A stretch of 63,209 nt of DNA, the filler included, from Lenisia limosa (lineage: Eukaryota > Protista > Breviatea), in the NCBI GenBank assembly GCA_001655205.1. It is 14 parts of 14 records of this genome, joined end to end, with 100 filler letters (N's around TTAATTAATTAA, not from the genome) between each part and the next. Parts side by side here need not be neighbours in the genome. Positions count along the whole stretch, not along the records: positions 24,445 to 28,634 come from LPNZ01007966.1; positions 28,735 to 29,861 come from LPNZ01008681.1; positions 29,962 to 31,674 come from LPNZ01006455.1; positions 31,775 to 34,594 come from LPNZ01003161.1; positions 34,695 to 49,728 come from LPNZ01007132.1; 9 more parts are not named here. One strand, written 5' to 3'. Positions 24,490-36,063 of this stretch are shown here, piece after piece (positions within the stretch are counted from its first letter, which is position 1; every line of letters starts with the position of its first letter). The position numbers were made by a program, and so were the translations under genes. A model generated the notes under the pieces. That model made no database searches. It was not told where the DNA came from and saw nothing but the letters and a program-made list of their open reading frames with translations.

Positions 24490-27400
24490 AGTAATGATAG
24501 TACTAATTCCCGCAGTTGCAGCGTCTTCGGAATCCATAACCAACCGACTTACCATTATCGAGCCTCTTGTGGCGCTTCTCATCATTTCCCTCCCTTTCAC
24601 CGCGTCTATTATCTCAGCCGAGCGCGAGGCTGGTTTGAGGTTTTAAAAATATGGAGAAATAGCCATGNNNNNNNNNNNNNNNNNNNNNNNNNNNNNNNNN
24701 NNNNNNNNNNNNNNNNNNNNNNNNNNNNNNNNNNNNNNNNNNNNNNNNNNNNNNNNNNNNNNNNNNNNNNNNNNNNNNNNNNNNNNNNNNNNNNNNNNNN
24801 NNNNNNNNNNNNNNNNNNNNNNNNNNNNNNNNNNNNNNNNNNNNNNNNNNNNNNNNNNNNNNNNNNNNNNNNNNNNNNNNNNNNNNNNNNNNNNNNNNNN
24901 NNNNNNNNNNNNNNNNNNNNNNNNNNNNNNNNNNNNNNNNNNNNNNNNNNNNNNNNNNNNNNNNNNNNNNNNNNNNNNNNNNNNNNNNNNNNNGTCCTCT
25001 GCATTTACCGCATCACACCCTTTATCCGTTCTCTGAGCCACTTTATTGTAGCATCTCTCCTGGCTGCTTCTACTGTGATGCTACCTTCACGTGGGTACAC
25101 ATATTTATGTTATAGTTAGGGCTTTCCTACGATCCCAAAAAAGACTGAATTTCTCGATAAATCCTCGATAAATCCTCGATAAATACGTATCAATATTTTC
25201 CTGGTATTTTTTGGGCCGTAGGGAAGCCCTAGTTTTTAAAAAAAACTAACGACATTTTTTGTATCGATGATTTATCAAGAAATTAGGTAAATTTCGGACC
25301 GTATAAAATCATCTGATTTATCATATAAATATAACCCTGCAGTGTACATTTGGGCCAAGTTTGCCAATGCCTTTTACGGCGGCGTGGGCTACTTTATCCT
25401 CTTTGNNNNNNNNNNNNNNNNNNNNNNNNNNNNNNNNNNNNNNNNNNNNNNNNNNNNNNNNNNNNNNNNNNNNNNNNNNNNNNNNNNNNNNNNNNNNNNN
25501 NNNNNNNNNNNNNNNNNNNNGATTTTCCTAAATCGGCCAAGCCTTATCCCATATTTGTATGATATAATACTCTATAAATATATATATAATATGTGTGTAT
25601 GTGAGTGTGTGAATGGGGGGAGGGTTCATTTTTGTTTAGTTTCACGTATCATACATATAAACATCCTTCATCCCAGCCAGGCAGCACTCTCCATGGCTCT
25701 AGGAACTGTTGTCAAGCGGCCTACCCTGGCTATGGCTGTTGGTTTCATTATCGTCCTTTCTTGCAAGCTGTTCTTGCCCCAGTCGTTTACCACCAATTGT
25801 GGGGGGAGGGTCACTTAGTATTAACAGTTGACTCAGAGCAGAATAAGTAACCTGGCTTGGAATTTTCCAACTTTTAAGCAATTTTCACCAAATTAACAAA
25901 ACTAAAAAATGATGATTTTAAACAAAACTTAAAAAAAATATCCACAAACGACTTTGTTCCTGATATGGCATTCTTCCCAATCCTTCTCACTGCTCCGTTT
26001 TAGTTACGGAAGCCCACCTCTTAGCTCCTCCAGTGGCCTGGGGTANNNNNNNNNNNNNNNNNNNNNNNNNNNNNNNNNNNNNNNNNNNNNNNNNNNNNNN
26101 NNNNNNNNNNNNNNNNNNNNNNNNNNNNNNNNNNNNNNNNNNNNNNNNNNNNNNNNNNNNNNNNNNNNNNNNNNNNNNNNNNNNAATAATATATCATATC
26201 ATATAGTATCAATATATTACATATATTTTAGAATTGTATCCGAATTGAAGCGTCAAAAACTCACCTTTTAGTTCCTGATGGTTTCGGATACCCGAGTCTG
26301 CAAACCACGTTAATCTATGCCATATCTGAACGTGGGAGAGGGGGGTAGTTTTGGTGATTGTTTGGAGTGTTTTTTTTACTATTCTTGATGTGATGTACAA
26401 TTTTACTTTATTCGTATCTCCTAGCGTGTTATTTTGAAACATACTTTTTTTTTTTTTTTTTTTNNNNNNNNNNNNNNNNNNNNNNNNNNNNNNNNNNNNN
26501 NNNNNNNNNNNNNNNNNNNNNNNNNNNNNNNNNNNNNNNNNNNNNNNNNNNNNNNNNNNNNNNNNNNNNNNNNNNNNNNNNNNNNNNNAAGATGAAGGAT
26601 GAGTAAAACGAATCTCAATAATGCTAGGTACCCTGAGCTAGGTGTTTACCCAGCTTAATAATGAACGTTGAGGACAATCCTCATAAAACTCAACTTAAGC
26701 ATAGAGTGGCAAGTAAAACCAGTGCTGTTGCTTGTCTGAGGGTAGAGTCGCTTCTATTACGTTCAATTAGAGAAATATTGTGAATGAGTCCTCCACGAGC
26801 AGCTTCTAAGTGTTCCAAAATATAGATTGTGTTAAATAGTCACGCAAAGAAGATGTTATTTTGGAGTATCTCACCTTGTGTATGATACCGGATTTTAATT
26901 TTGCTCTTAGAGAAAAAAGGGCGATTTCGGGGTACACCTCCGGGTTGTGCCTGAACATCTTACCAAGAGGGACATTAATAGCTTTTTTCGAGCATTTCTC
27001 TGTTGTTGTTAGGGGGGGGGAAAGAGACGTTGTCCAACTTTTAAGCTTCCAAGCTGGAAAGCATCACCATCGGAAGGGAGTCCAGGAAGGTTTGAGATTA
27101 AGGCGATAAATCGGCCAGATGCTCCATTGCCATCATCTGACCATATAAGTCCTGACTGAGGAAGCCTTCTTCTCAGATGACATCGCACCATTGAATATTC
27201 CTGTCTAATAGTATAATGAAAAAATAACATAAAACAAGCTGAGTATACCTTCTCCGAAAGTCCTTTGAACTCCCTTGTCATATCAACGACCATAGAAATC
27301 TGGTAATATGACTTGACAAACACAAACATGGTTGCCTCATACTCGACACATGACGAAATAATCGAGTACAATTCTGAGAACTACAAAGAGTAAAGATGAC

Positions 27401-28532
27401 GATGCTTCTTACCATAACATTTCTGGAGATGTTAAATCTGTCTGTTTCCTCGGCAGTACCGGATCTAATGGAGTCATATGTATACTCCACCAACCTTATG
27501 AAACTGTGGAAGTTTTGCTTAGTTTTGAGCATTACCTCTCTCTGGTAATGGCTCAGTTCACCATCCCAAGGAAGGAGAGACAGGCGCTTAACTTCGATGA
27601 TAGACTCCTCAAATCCATACATCTCTTAGAACTTACAGCCCCAGAAACATGTCTTCCACACTTGGAGCAGAAGGCGTTCGGGTCGGAGGTTGCGTCTTTT
27701 ACCCGCCATATTAACAATTTTCCAGCAGAAATAAACAATAAATGAGAATAGAAGAGGAAAAGGATCCACACTAGAGTTCAGAAAAATGAAAAGAGCCGGG
27801 AGTAGAAACTACACAAAAATGTTAACCTCATATGTGGCAAGGGGATCTTTGACCATTTGGAAGCTTTTTGACCACTTCAAAGGGTACCTTTAGCTGACTT
27901 GCACTTGGAACCAAATAGTTCTTTTGAACAAAAACGCTAAATATGGTCAAAAATAAAATGGAAATATGAAGAGAGTATCACTCATGAATAGATTAGTATA
28001 CAGTACAAGAGAGAGATTTATCTAGTGAACCTTTTGTTTTTGCTTTTGTGTTTTTTTGTTTTTCTGTGTGTGTGTAATTTTTTGTTTTGTTATTGAGTAT
28101 TAACTTTGTAGTTGTATTCTTGATTTTGGTGGCTCTGGTCCCACCCTTGTTGAGCAAGGCATACTCCCCTGTGGTTGGTGGGATTTTATCATTTTGGGTC
28201 ATTTTCGCATAATTTTGAGAGCAAAAAAAGACATTGGATTTAAGCAGAATATCATAACAATTCCTTGTTGAAATATACTATACTATGCATTACGATGATA
28301 AACGATATATCATATGATCAGAACAAAAAAAAATATTGTATATGAATTGAGCTGAGTAGACTAAAAATTCCATATTCATATATTCCTCTGATACTGTCAT
28401 TGTAAAGGCAACAGTTTCATCCTTAAGGTATCGCGTGACAAGGAAACAGTTCCCCTTCTGAGCTCTGTTCAGTCAAGCCAGGAAGGGGAACAATACCAGG
28501 ACGTTCCCGTCGTGATGAAGGGACTGACTAAG
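24490..28532 (+). CDS. ABCA-like ABC transporter: membrane domain exons plus start of the nucleotide-binding domain (partial)
   Basis: LLIISLPFTASIISAEREAG (ABCA V.EKE.G-like motif); TM exons AALSMALGTVVKRPTLAMAVGFIIVL and VPDGFGYPSLQTTLIYAIS; last exon QDVPVVMKGLTK|GT resembles the ..V.I.NL.K start of the NBD. Confidence 0.6.
25117..25231. mobile_element. Family A MITE
   Basis: TAGGGCTTTCCTACG...CGTAGGGAAGCCCTA with internal CCTCGATAAAT repeats. Confidence 0.8.
26700..27760 (-). pseudogene. Frameshifted relic ORF, possibly a CxC-type DNA transposase, nested antisense in an ABC-gene intron
   Basis: Overlapping broken ORFs 27553-27771, 27278-27622, 27009-27371 containing CSKCGRH and FVFVKSYYQISMVVDMTR. 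Family assignment is speculative. Confidence 0.25.
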
Positions 28533-28734
28533 GTGGGATGGGGGGAGGAGGACATTTTGATGTCATTATTATTGTATGTTGAAGTTTCAACATCTCTCTC
28601 TCCCGAGTTATACACAATATTTTATCCCATTTTTNNNNNNNNNNNNNNNNNNNNNNNNNNNNNNNNNNNNNNNNNNNNTTAATTAATTAANNNNNNNNNN
28701 NNNNNNNNNNNNNNNNNNNNNNNNNNNNNNNNNN

Positions 28735-29861
28735 CCTACTTATCCCCCTCTGAAATACCTGGGATTCACAGCTGAGCATGCTGGCCCGCAGGAGTATTTC
28801 TTCTTTTCCAAGAGGCGTTTGACCAGTGGTCTTCTGTATGAGGTACAATTGAGACCCTCTTTTCTTTACCAGGCTCAAAAGCAAGATTGTCATCTTTTCC
28901 AATGACTGAGTTGCCTTGCCAAGGAAGTTGATCAGGGTGCTCAGTGTAATGGTCCATTTCAGCTTCAGTCAAATCATCTCGTAAGTCGGCAATTCTGGCC
29001 CATGCATATTTGGATTCAAGAGCAGTAGATGAACTACTCTTACCAATTTCAATTTCCTGAATAAGTTCGGGAGTGTTCAGCACACAGGAGTAGACGGCCG
29101 TTCGAGGAGGGGGCTCATTTGCAGTTTCAAAGACATGCTCAAGATTAGCAAGATGCTGTGCTATTTTACTTGGGTCAACAATCAACTGTCTATTCGAAAT
29201 GACAATTCCACCTCTTTTGAAAGCCGACTTAATCTTGTCTTTCGACGAAGCAACATGAAAAGCTTCNNNNNNNNNNNNNNNNNNNNNNNNNNNNNNNNNN
29301 NGGACCTGTTGTAAGCGGCAGAAGGGATGTTTTCAGGGCGTTTCTTCCTAAAGAGTTCTTTCAAATTCTTCATTAATGATGTTTTCATAGCACCAAAAGT
29401 GACAAGGTCCAATGGCTGGGTACATTGAGATGTGTGCGACGGAAGGAGATACAGCAGAATTTTATGTTGCCGAAGAGTTTCCAGCATAACTGCAGAATAT
29501 CGAGAAGTATGTCCATCAGTAATGAAGAGTGCCCAAACATCTTTGGCCAATCCAAGCCTTTTCCTATCTTCTTCAATTTTTAAAATTAAAGTGCCAATGA
29601 CATTCATTCATCGAATCAACATTCTAGATAGTCAATCTATCAAATCACTTAGCAAACCTGCCATCCATTTGGTGCTTCGATCATAATAGCTCCATACTCT
29701 TCCAATATTTCATTTTCAAATTTCGAGGTCTTTTGCCCAACAATAAACACTGGCTTCACAGACGTTAAATTTGAACTATAGAGTAAATTGGGTAATATTA
29801 CAATATTAACTTACCCGATAGTCGCCATCAGAGTGATATGAGAAACTTGTCCGCCTCCCTT
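28735..29861 (-). mobile_element. pogo/Tigger-family DDE_1 transposase (partial, with a spliceosomal intron)
   Basis: HITLMATIG|gtaagt intron; WALFITDGHTSR..LYLLPSHTSQCTQPLDLVTFGAMK; after the N run EAFHVASSKDKIKSAFKRGGI continues into ORF 28766-29185. Confidence 0.85.
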
Positions 29862-29961
29862 NNNNNNNNNNNNNNNNNNNNNNNNNNNNNNNNNNNNNNN
29901 NNNNNTTAATTAATTAANNNNNNNNNNNNNNNNNNNNNNNNNNNNNNNNNNNNNNNNNNNN

Positions 29962-31660
29962 CACTTGGAAGCTGGTTGAACTCAAGTCGCCCAGGCCGGA
30001 TCTTTGGACCTTTATACCGTTTCCGGTATTGGACACTTCGCGAGCCGGGCCACCGCAGGTCATTCCAACGGAAATTGCCTAATTTGGTAAGTCACAGAGG
30101 TTTCCAAATTTGAGATATCCTAATTTAGTAAGTCATAGAGTTTTCCAAAGTTTATAGATAATATCAAATAATACGAAATGTTACCTAATTTAGTCGGAAA
30201 CAGAGATTTTTTTGTTTTGATCAATATTTGTTATAATTCTTTCTCTCTCCCCTCCCGGAAGTCAATTTGTTGAAAGTTCCCCCACAACAATCATATATCG
30301 TTGCCACACTCACAGCTGTAAATTGGTTGAAAGTTTCCTCGATATCCTTGCCGAACTTCGCATTGTCTGACTCGGTAGGTAGCAGGGAAGTCAAAGACGC
30401 CAGGCCTGGGGGGGGGGGGGAGNNNNNNNNNNNNNNNNNNNNNNNNNNNNNNNNNNNNNNNNNNNNNNNNNNNNNNNNNNNNNNNNNNNNNNAAATAGAC
30501 AATTTATGAAACAAAAAAGCCCAAATCAACTCAGTTGGCTGACAACACATGAGGGTTGATAACAAAAAAACAAAACTCAAGATCTTCCCATTTTCTTTCA
30601 TCCCCTTCCCTCATCATCATTAACACCTATTTTCTCACCCCCCTCACCCACCTTGGGTAATAGTGGTGTCTTCGAGAGCTTCAACGTCCTCGAACTCCTC
30701 ATCAGCAGCGTTGTTGGCGGTCGTGAAGAGGTCCTGCAAAATGTAAGAAAAAACAGAGGAAGAAGCATGATGTGAACACAACATCATCCAAAAGCAAGGG
30801 GGAAAGATGAGAAGAGGTCCAATAGGTGGGAACCATTTTAAGAAAAAAATAAAAACGAAAAAAAGAAAAGGAAAAGTGCAATTAATACGCCTTGTTTTCT
30901 TCCCCTCATACCTTCAGTGTTCCCAGCACCTTGGTTTTAACTTCGGTTGGAAGGGGGCCTAGAAACAGGTCATTTTGGACAGTTGAGCACTTGCATTTGT
31001 TAGATAAAAAAAAGTAACATTTATGGTGAGATACTGGAATGCGTTTTGATATCGAAAGAAAGAGTCGATGCAAAGACTATGTTCAGAAGGGAAGGAGAGA
31101 AGCAGATCCAACTTTAGATTCAGGAATGGGAGATATTTCCCTGCAAAGAAGTTCTTCAGGAAATCATATGGAAAAAATATTATATCATATAACTTATATG
31201 ATATGAATTAAAAATGATATCGACGTAATTATTACTCATTAGCTTATATATTAGCACATTATGCAATGAGAAATAAAAAATAAGGTTGTATCTGGCCGAA
31301 GCCATCCACACCATGACGCTTTTAAGAGATATTATATTATTAATTTACCCTCATTTGCCTTACAACTCTGTGTACACAGCTTTCTGCGTGCCTCTCCAGC
31401 ATACATGTAATTAAACGTTATTTTATCTATAAGGTCTCAATACAGACTGTTATGATTATGGTCAGTATAGTCCTTTTCGCCATACTTAGGGCTTCCCTTC
31501 GGTCCCAAAAAAGACTGTATTTCTCGATAAATCCTCGATAAATATCGATATTTAAACGGTCTTTTTTCTGATCGGAGGGTCATTCGCCATACCTGAAGAA
31601 ACTAGAACGGAAGAAGTCGTTTGGATGACCAAGTTGGCATCATCTTTGGACACAATAGAA
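29962..31660 (-). CDS. Multi-exon hypothetical protein (partial)
   Basis: GT-AG-bounded exons, e.g. 30735-30652 (DLFTTANNAADEEFEDVEALEDTTITQ) and 30405-~30260 (LASLTSLLPTESDNAKFGKDIEETFNQFTAVSVATIYDCCGGTFNK). Confidence 0.5.
30406..30580 (-). repeat. Family G, sense, at 3' splice site (partly N)
   Basis: Minus strand TTGTTATCAACCCTCATGTGTTGTCAGCCAACTGAGTTGATTTGGGCTTTTTTGTTTCATAAATT..C-run-AG|. Confidence 0.8.
31487..31585. mobile_element. Family A MITE with damaged right end
   Basis: TAGGGCTTCCCTTCGGTCCCAAAAAAGACTG..; flanks GCCATACT/GCCATACC. Confidence 0.75.
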
Positions 31661-31963
31661 CCTGGAATATGAGGNNNNNNNNNNNNNNNNNNNNNNNNNN
31701 NNNNNNNNNNNNNNNNNNTTAATTAATTAANNNNNNNNNNNNNNNNNNNNNNNNNNNNNNNNNNNNNNNNNNNNTCAAATTAATTATTTGAAGCAATTAA
31801 TTGACAAAATTAAATTAAAGTGTCTTAAATTGAGTTCCCGTTAAGACATGGCTCAACAGATTTTGTATATAATTTGAATTGAATGGTTCTAATTGTTAGC
31901 CAATATCATATATGATGATGTACATGATACAGTTTCCATTCGCCTTACCCCCCACCCAGTGAA

Positions 31964-32167
31964 ACATCTTATCTCTTCTTGGAAAGCATCTTTATCTTAT
32001 CTCTTCTTGGAAAGCATCTTTATCTTATCTCTTCTTGGAAAGCATCTTTATCTTATCTCTTCTTGGAAAACATCTTTATCTTATCTCTTCTTGGAAAACA
32101 TCTTTATCTTATCTCTTCTTGGAAAACATCTTTATCTTCTCTTCTTGGAAAACATCTTTATCTTATC
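31964..32167. repeat. Minisatellite, 28-bp unit x ~7
   Basis: GGAAA(G/A)CATCTTTATCTTATCTCTTCTT, head-to-tail with no spacers. Confidence 0.95.
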
Positions 32168-32189
32168 GCTTCTTTAGGGAAACGCCATA

Positions 32190-34120
32190 CACCCCAGCAT
32201 TGTTCCACCGTCTGGCCGTCCTTGTCATTTCGCATATGAAACCGCAAGCCTCAGCCGAGGTCGCTTCTGAGAAGACTGAAGGAGCTTTGAGGAACGTTTG
32301 GGGGGGGGGCTTTGAGGCTATCTTTTTGCCTCTTGAGGTTAGGTTGTAGCTGATTTATGGTGTATCTTATCGTTATTGCTTTCTTTTTTGTAACAATAAA
32401 ACTGTTATTTTAGAATTTATATTATTATATCAGACATAAATTTGGGGAGCGAGAGAGGTAGAGAGACAGACAGCTAGATTTTAAGGGATAGGGGGAGAGC
32501 GACAGAGGGAGAAAGAGATTTAAGGGGATAGAAAGAGAGAAAACATGGGGTGTGGGAGAGAACATGGGGTGTGGGAGAGAACTTGGAGTGAGAGCAACTT
32601 TTGATAGAAACTTCACTCAATTTAGATGGAGAGACGCTCAATTGCGCGCGAGACTCAAATTGACTACAAACCGGGTGACCTTCTCGAATTGATCCACCAT
32701 CACCTGCTGGTATGCTGTTGTTTTAAGCATATCATATGGTAATGTATATATATTTTGGCGTGAAGGAAACTGGGTGACCCAAGTCCAGTTCAATTCTGAC
32801 CAAAAGTCCCCTTTTTTACTCTATTTTTATATTATACCCCTCTGCTCAATATTTTTTGAAAGTTTTGACTTGTTCCCTTTGTTTTGTTTTTTGTGTTATT
32901 GTTTCGATTTCAATGTTTGCTGTCTGTGTGTTTGTTTTGTTTTTTTTTTGTGCTTTGTGTTTGCCCAGCCAACCCCTTTTTATACCATTATTACTTTTTT
33001 GCTAGCATCAGTATGGTTAATATGTTTGACACCATATTGTTCGTACCTGTTGAGATTTTCTGCAGTCTGGTCTGGTCCGCGCTCTGTCCATCCAGCTTTG
33101 ATCCCCTCGGGGGTCGTATGCTTGGGACGGCTCTAAGCGTTATGATTGGGTTGTGGCCGTTAATAAGTCGGATTTTTTTTAACATTTCCCTTACTTTTTA
33201 ACGCCTAACAGGTACGTTTGGGTGATCAAGCGGTGGTGGGACTCTTCAAAGGCTGGCTCGGGCTTGTTTTTGTTTTTGTGTTTTTGTCNNNNNNNNNNTT
33301 TATCCATCAGGTAAAAATAACTTTCAGTATAAGAAGAAGAACCTACCATAAGAACTTACCACATTAGGCCGACCTCATCCGATCGAGTATCGCGTCATAC
33401 CGAAGGAGTCATGATATTTACGTCGCGCTCAACGACAAAACGGCTGTTTGTAAGGTTGGAGGGGCGAGTATCGAAAATCACTGATAGATCTTGAATACGT
33501 CTTTTTTGTTTTTTTTGCTGCAGAAAAAAAACAATTTTGACCCCTTTTCAAACACTTTAATTTTCAATCTTTCTTCTACCATACAGGATATTTTTTATTT
33601 TATTTTTTGATTATTCGGTTCGTGATTAGTACCTTTACGCCAATATTCTTTATCGAAATTTCCTTCGTTTTACCCCCCCCCCCTAGTCAAAAGGCCTGAC
33701 AGACGCGGCCGCCGCACTGAATGTTGAGGCCAAAATGGGGCTTGAGGTTGGAGTGGGCAAATATTCCTGCCAACAGAGTTGATTTTGGCCTTCTTTTTTT
33801 TTATTATTTATTTCATAAATTTTCCAATTTTACGAGTGCATGCAGTGTTGCAGAAGCGACTGGNNNNNNNNNNNNNNNNNNNNNNNCTTAGCACTGCGGA
33901 AACTCTCCTTTGATGAAACAGCTACGATGTTCGGATTTGGCGTAAGGGGGTGGATACGCAATACCTTTATTAGGAAACTGCATGACAAACCTTCCTAATT
34001 TGAAAATTTATCCCTTGTTCACCCCCCAGAATGACCCAGACCTCACGGCGGAAGTTGCCGGAAGCCGTCCCGCTGAGGTGGCTGCCGAACTAGCTTGTGA
34101 AACCGGGTACCCGGGAGGTA
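32190..34120 (+). CDS. DCAF1: DCAF1/VprBP (CRL4 substrate receptor), LisH region, partial
   Basis: Spliced MERRSIARETQIDYKPGDLLELIHHHLL|SKGLTDAAAALNVEA matches the DCAF1 R.ERAAIA..T.I.Y..KELL.LIH.HL...GL..TA..L.KEA segment. Confidence 0.75.
33770..33863 (+). repeat. Family G in DCAF1 intron (3' half followed by start of a second copy)
   Basis: GCCAACAGAGTTGATTTTGGCC..TTTCATAAATTTTCCAATTTTAC..GTGTTGCAGAAGCGACTGG. Confidence 0.75.
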
Positions 34121-34699
34121 ATTTCTTTTAAAAAAAATACAATGGGGCTTCTTGGGCTTTATTTTTATGTTGTCTTTTAGTTTCGATATGGTATGCTAAA
34201 TTTCAAGCTTTTTTCATTATGCTAATAATATATCATGTCGTTCAATACCTCTAATAAACGTGATGATGTTGATGGCTTCTGTCAGGTCAGATTCAACCTT
34301 TTATATAATTTTCATTTATTAAGTTCCTACGCTTTGCACTTACCATATTAGGCAGTTTATGCTTGCAATAGAGGCGTTCATTCTTCTCGGAATGGGGAGG
34401 TAAAGGGAGTTTCTTATTTTTTTTATTTTTTTTTATAGTAACCGCGATAGGTCCTGACACGATTGCAAAAGCATCCCCTATTCAACATACAGGGACCAAG
34501 ATAAATCTTGGCCTATTTTACTTGGGACATTACATAGCAATTCGGTCAAGACTTATCCCACTCATTGTATATCATGTACAATAACGGAACCCTTNNNNNN
34601 NNNNNNNNNNNNNNNNNNNNNNNNNNNNNNNNNNNNNNTTAATTAATTAANNNNNNNNNNNNNNNNNNNNNNNNNNNNNNNNNNNNNNNNNNNNGGGGG

Positions 34700-35830
34700 G
34701 GGGGGGTTAGATGCAGCCGATATTCACTATCCTCGAACCATCAGCAAAGGGGACAGTAGCAAACGGTTTGGTAGAGAGGATGGGCTGGAAGGGAGTTGTT
34801 GTGTTGTCAGGTTTCCGGCGGAAAAGGTCCTAGGTGGTCAGAGTGGAAGGGTTGTTTTGCTGAAATGTACCAAAATATACATAGTAAATGTAACACATAT
34901 GATATAGTTTTTATTATAATAATATACCATGTACATGGGTCCATATTTTCTTTTTCAAACCTGAGGTTTTGCAAAAGCTGAGGATGTAGGAAGTTTGCGA
35001 GCAGCAATTAATTCCTAAGGGATTAAAAAACAACTCTTCCAAACCAAAAAACAAAAACCCAAACAAGTATGTTTCAATCCTAACCCCAACCCACAGCCCT
35101 CCGTTTGTACTCAGCTTCCTGTCGTGCGTGGTCATTGGATGTTCCGAATCTAAATTATGAGGTTCTTGGTCCAGTTGTACAAGCCAATAAAAACAAAAGC
35201 TTCATCTAAGGTGAGAAAATATATTGATAGGGCAGACCTCGCGTCTTGCAGCTGATTTGATACAGCATCATAGACACCATCCAGGGGCTGGACAAGCTCA
35301 CGGAAGCCATCAATAACATCCAAACTTGAAACCATGGGAACGTTGGCTCCCGCTGCGTTGCCAAGATGGGAGTATACCTTGTGTGGTCAGTCAGGCTTGG
35401 TGATTGAGTTACTTTCACTCTCACCCCTCAATAAACAGGGACATGCTTATTTTTAACCACCGCCAAACTTTCCAAAAAAAAATATGAAAATCATGAGCTA
35501 CATACCGATTGAATGAGGTTGAGAAGACGATTAGACTGGTTGTCAGTAGCATCTCTAAACTCAGGAAATGCAGCAAGGTAGGAGTGCTCTCCTTCATCTG
35601 GAAGCTGATTTGAAGTTCTTGTAGCCTAAAATTCATTAGAATGCCAAAGAAGGCCTCGGAGACCCACGCTCATAACCTTTGGGAAGGTATCTTGGATCCA
35701 TTTAGCGTTTTCGCCAATATTAGTTGACGAAAGACCCATTGTTAGCGTTATTCAAGACGGCCACAGTGGCGTCACTAGCAAGAACAGGTTGAACCACTTG
35801 TTGATCTCTGGCAATACCCTCTATTTGTCT
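34700..35830 (-). CDS. Putative multi-exon hypothetical protein
   Basis: Coding-like segments (VSSLDVIDGFRELVQPLDGVYDAVSNQLQDARS; NDHARQEAEYKRRA|GT; KPFATVPFADGSRIVNIGCI*). No family recognised. Confidence 0.3.
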
Positions 35831-36063
35831 ATTTTTCTCTTATATCTTTCTAAATAATACACAGGTCTCCACCATAACCATATAGTTTCCTCCCAAACAA
35901 AACACCAAAAATTGATATGGTTCAACATGGAGGGGACTCATAAAACCAAAAATCAATCAAAAAAATGCACACAACAGAGGTATGAATAATATGAAAATGA
36001 TGTAGTAGTTATCTGATTGTCTGGTGACTATACAGTAAAAGAATATTAACTATTCAGAGAACA

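Noticed and set aside
24609-25041. Long ORFs spanning N runs (also 12947-13804, 38857-39720, 50026-50433, etc.)
   Set aside because: They are open only because N codons contain no stops.
29267-29301. Programmed frameshift in the pogo transposase
   Set aside because: The frame change coincides with an N run of uncertain true length or a hidden intron, so it cannot be supported.
31964-32167. CRISPR array
   Set aside because: Head-to-tail repeats with no unique spacers, in a eukaryotic intron. The ORFs 31893-32349 are translations of the repeat.
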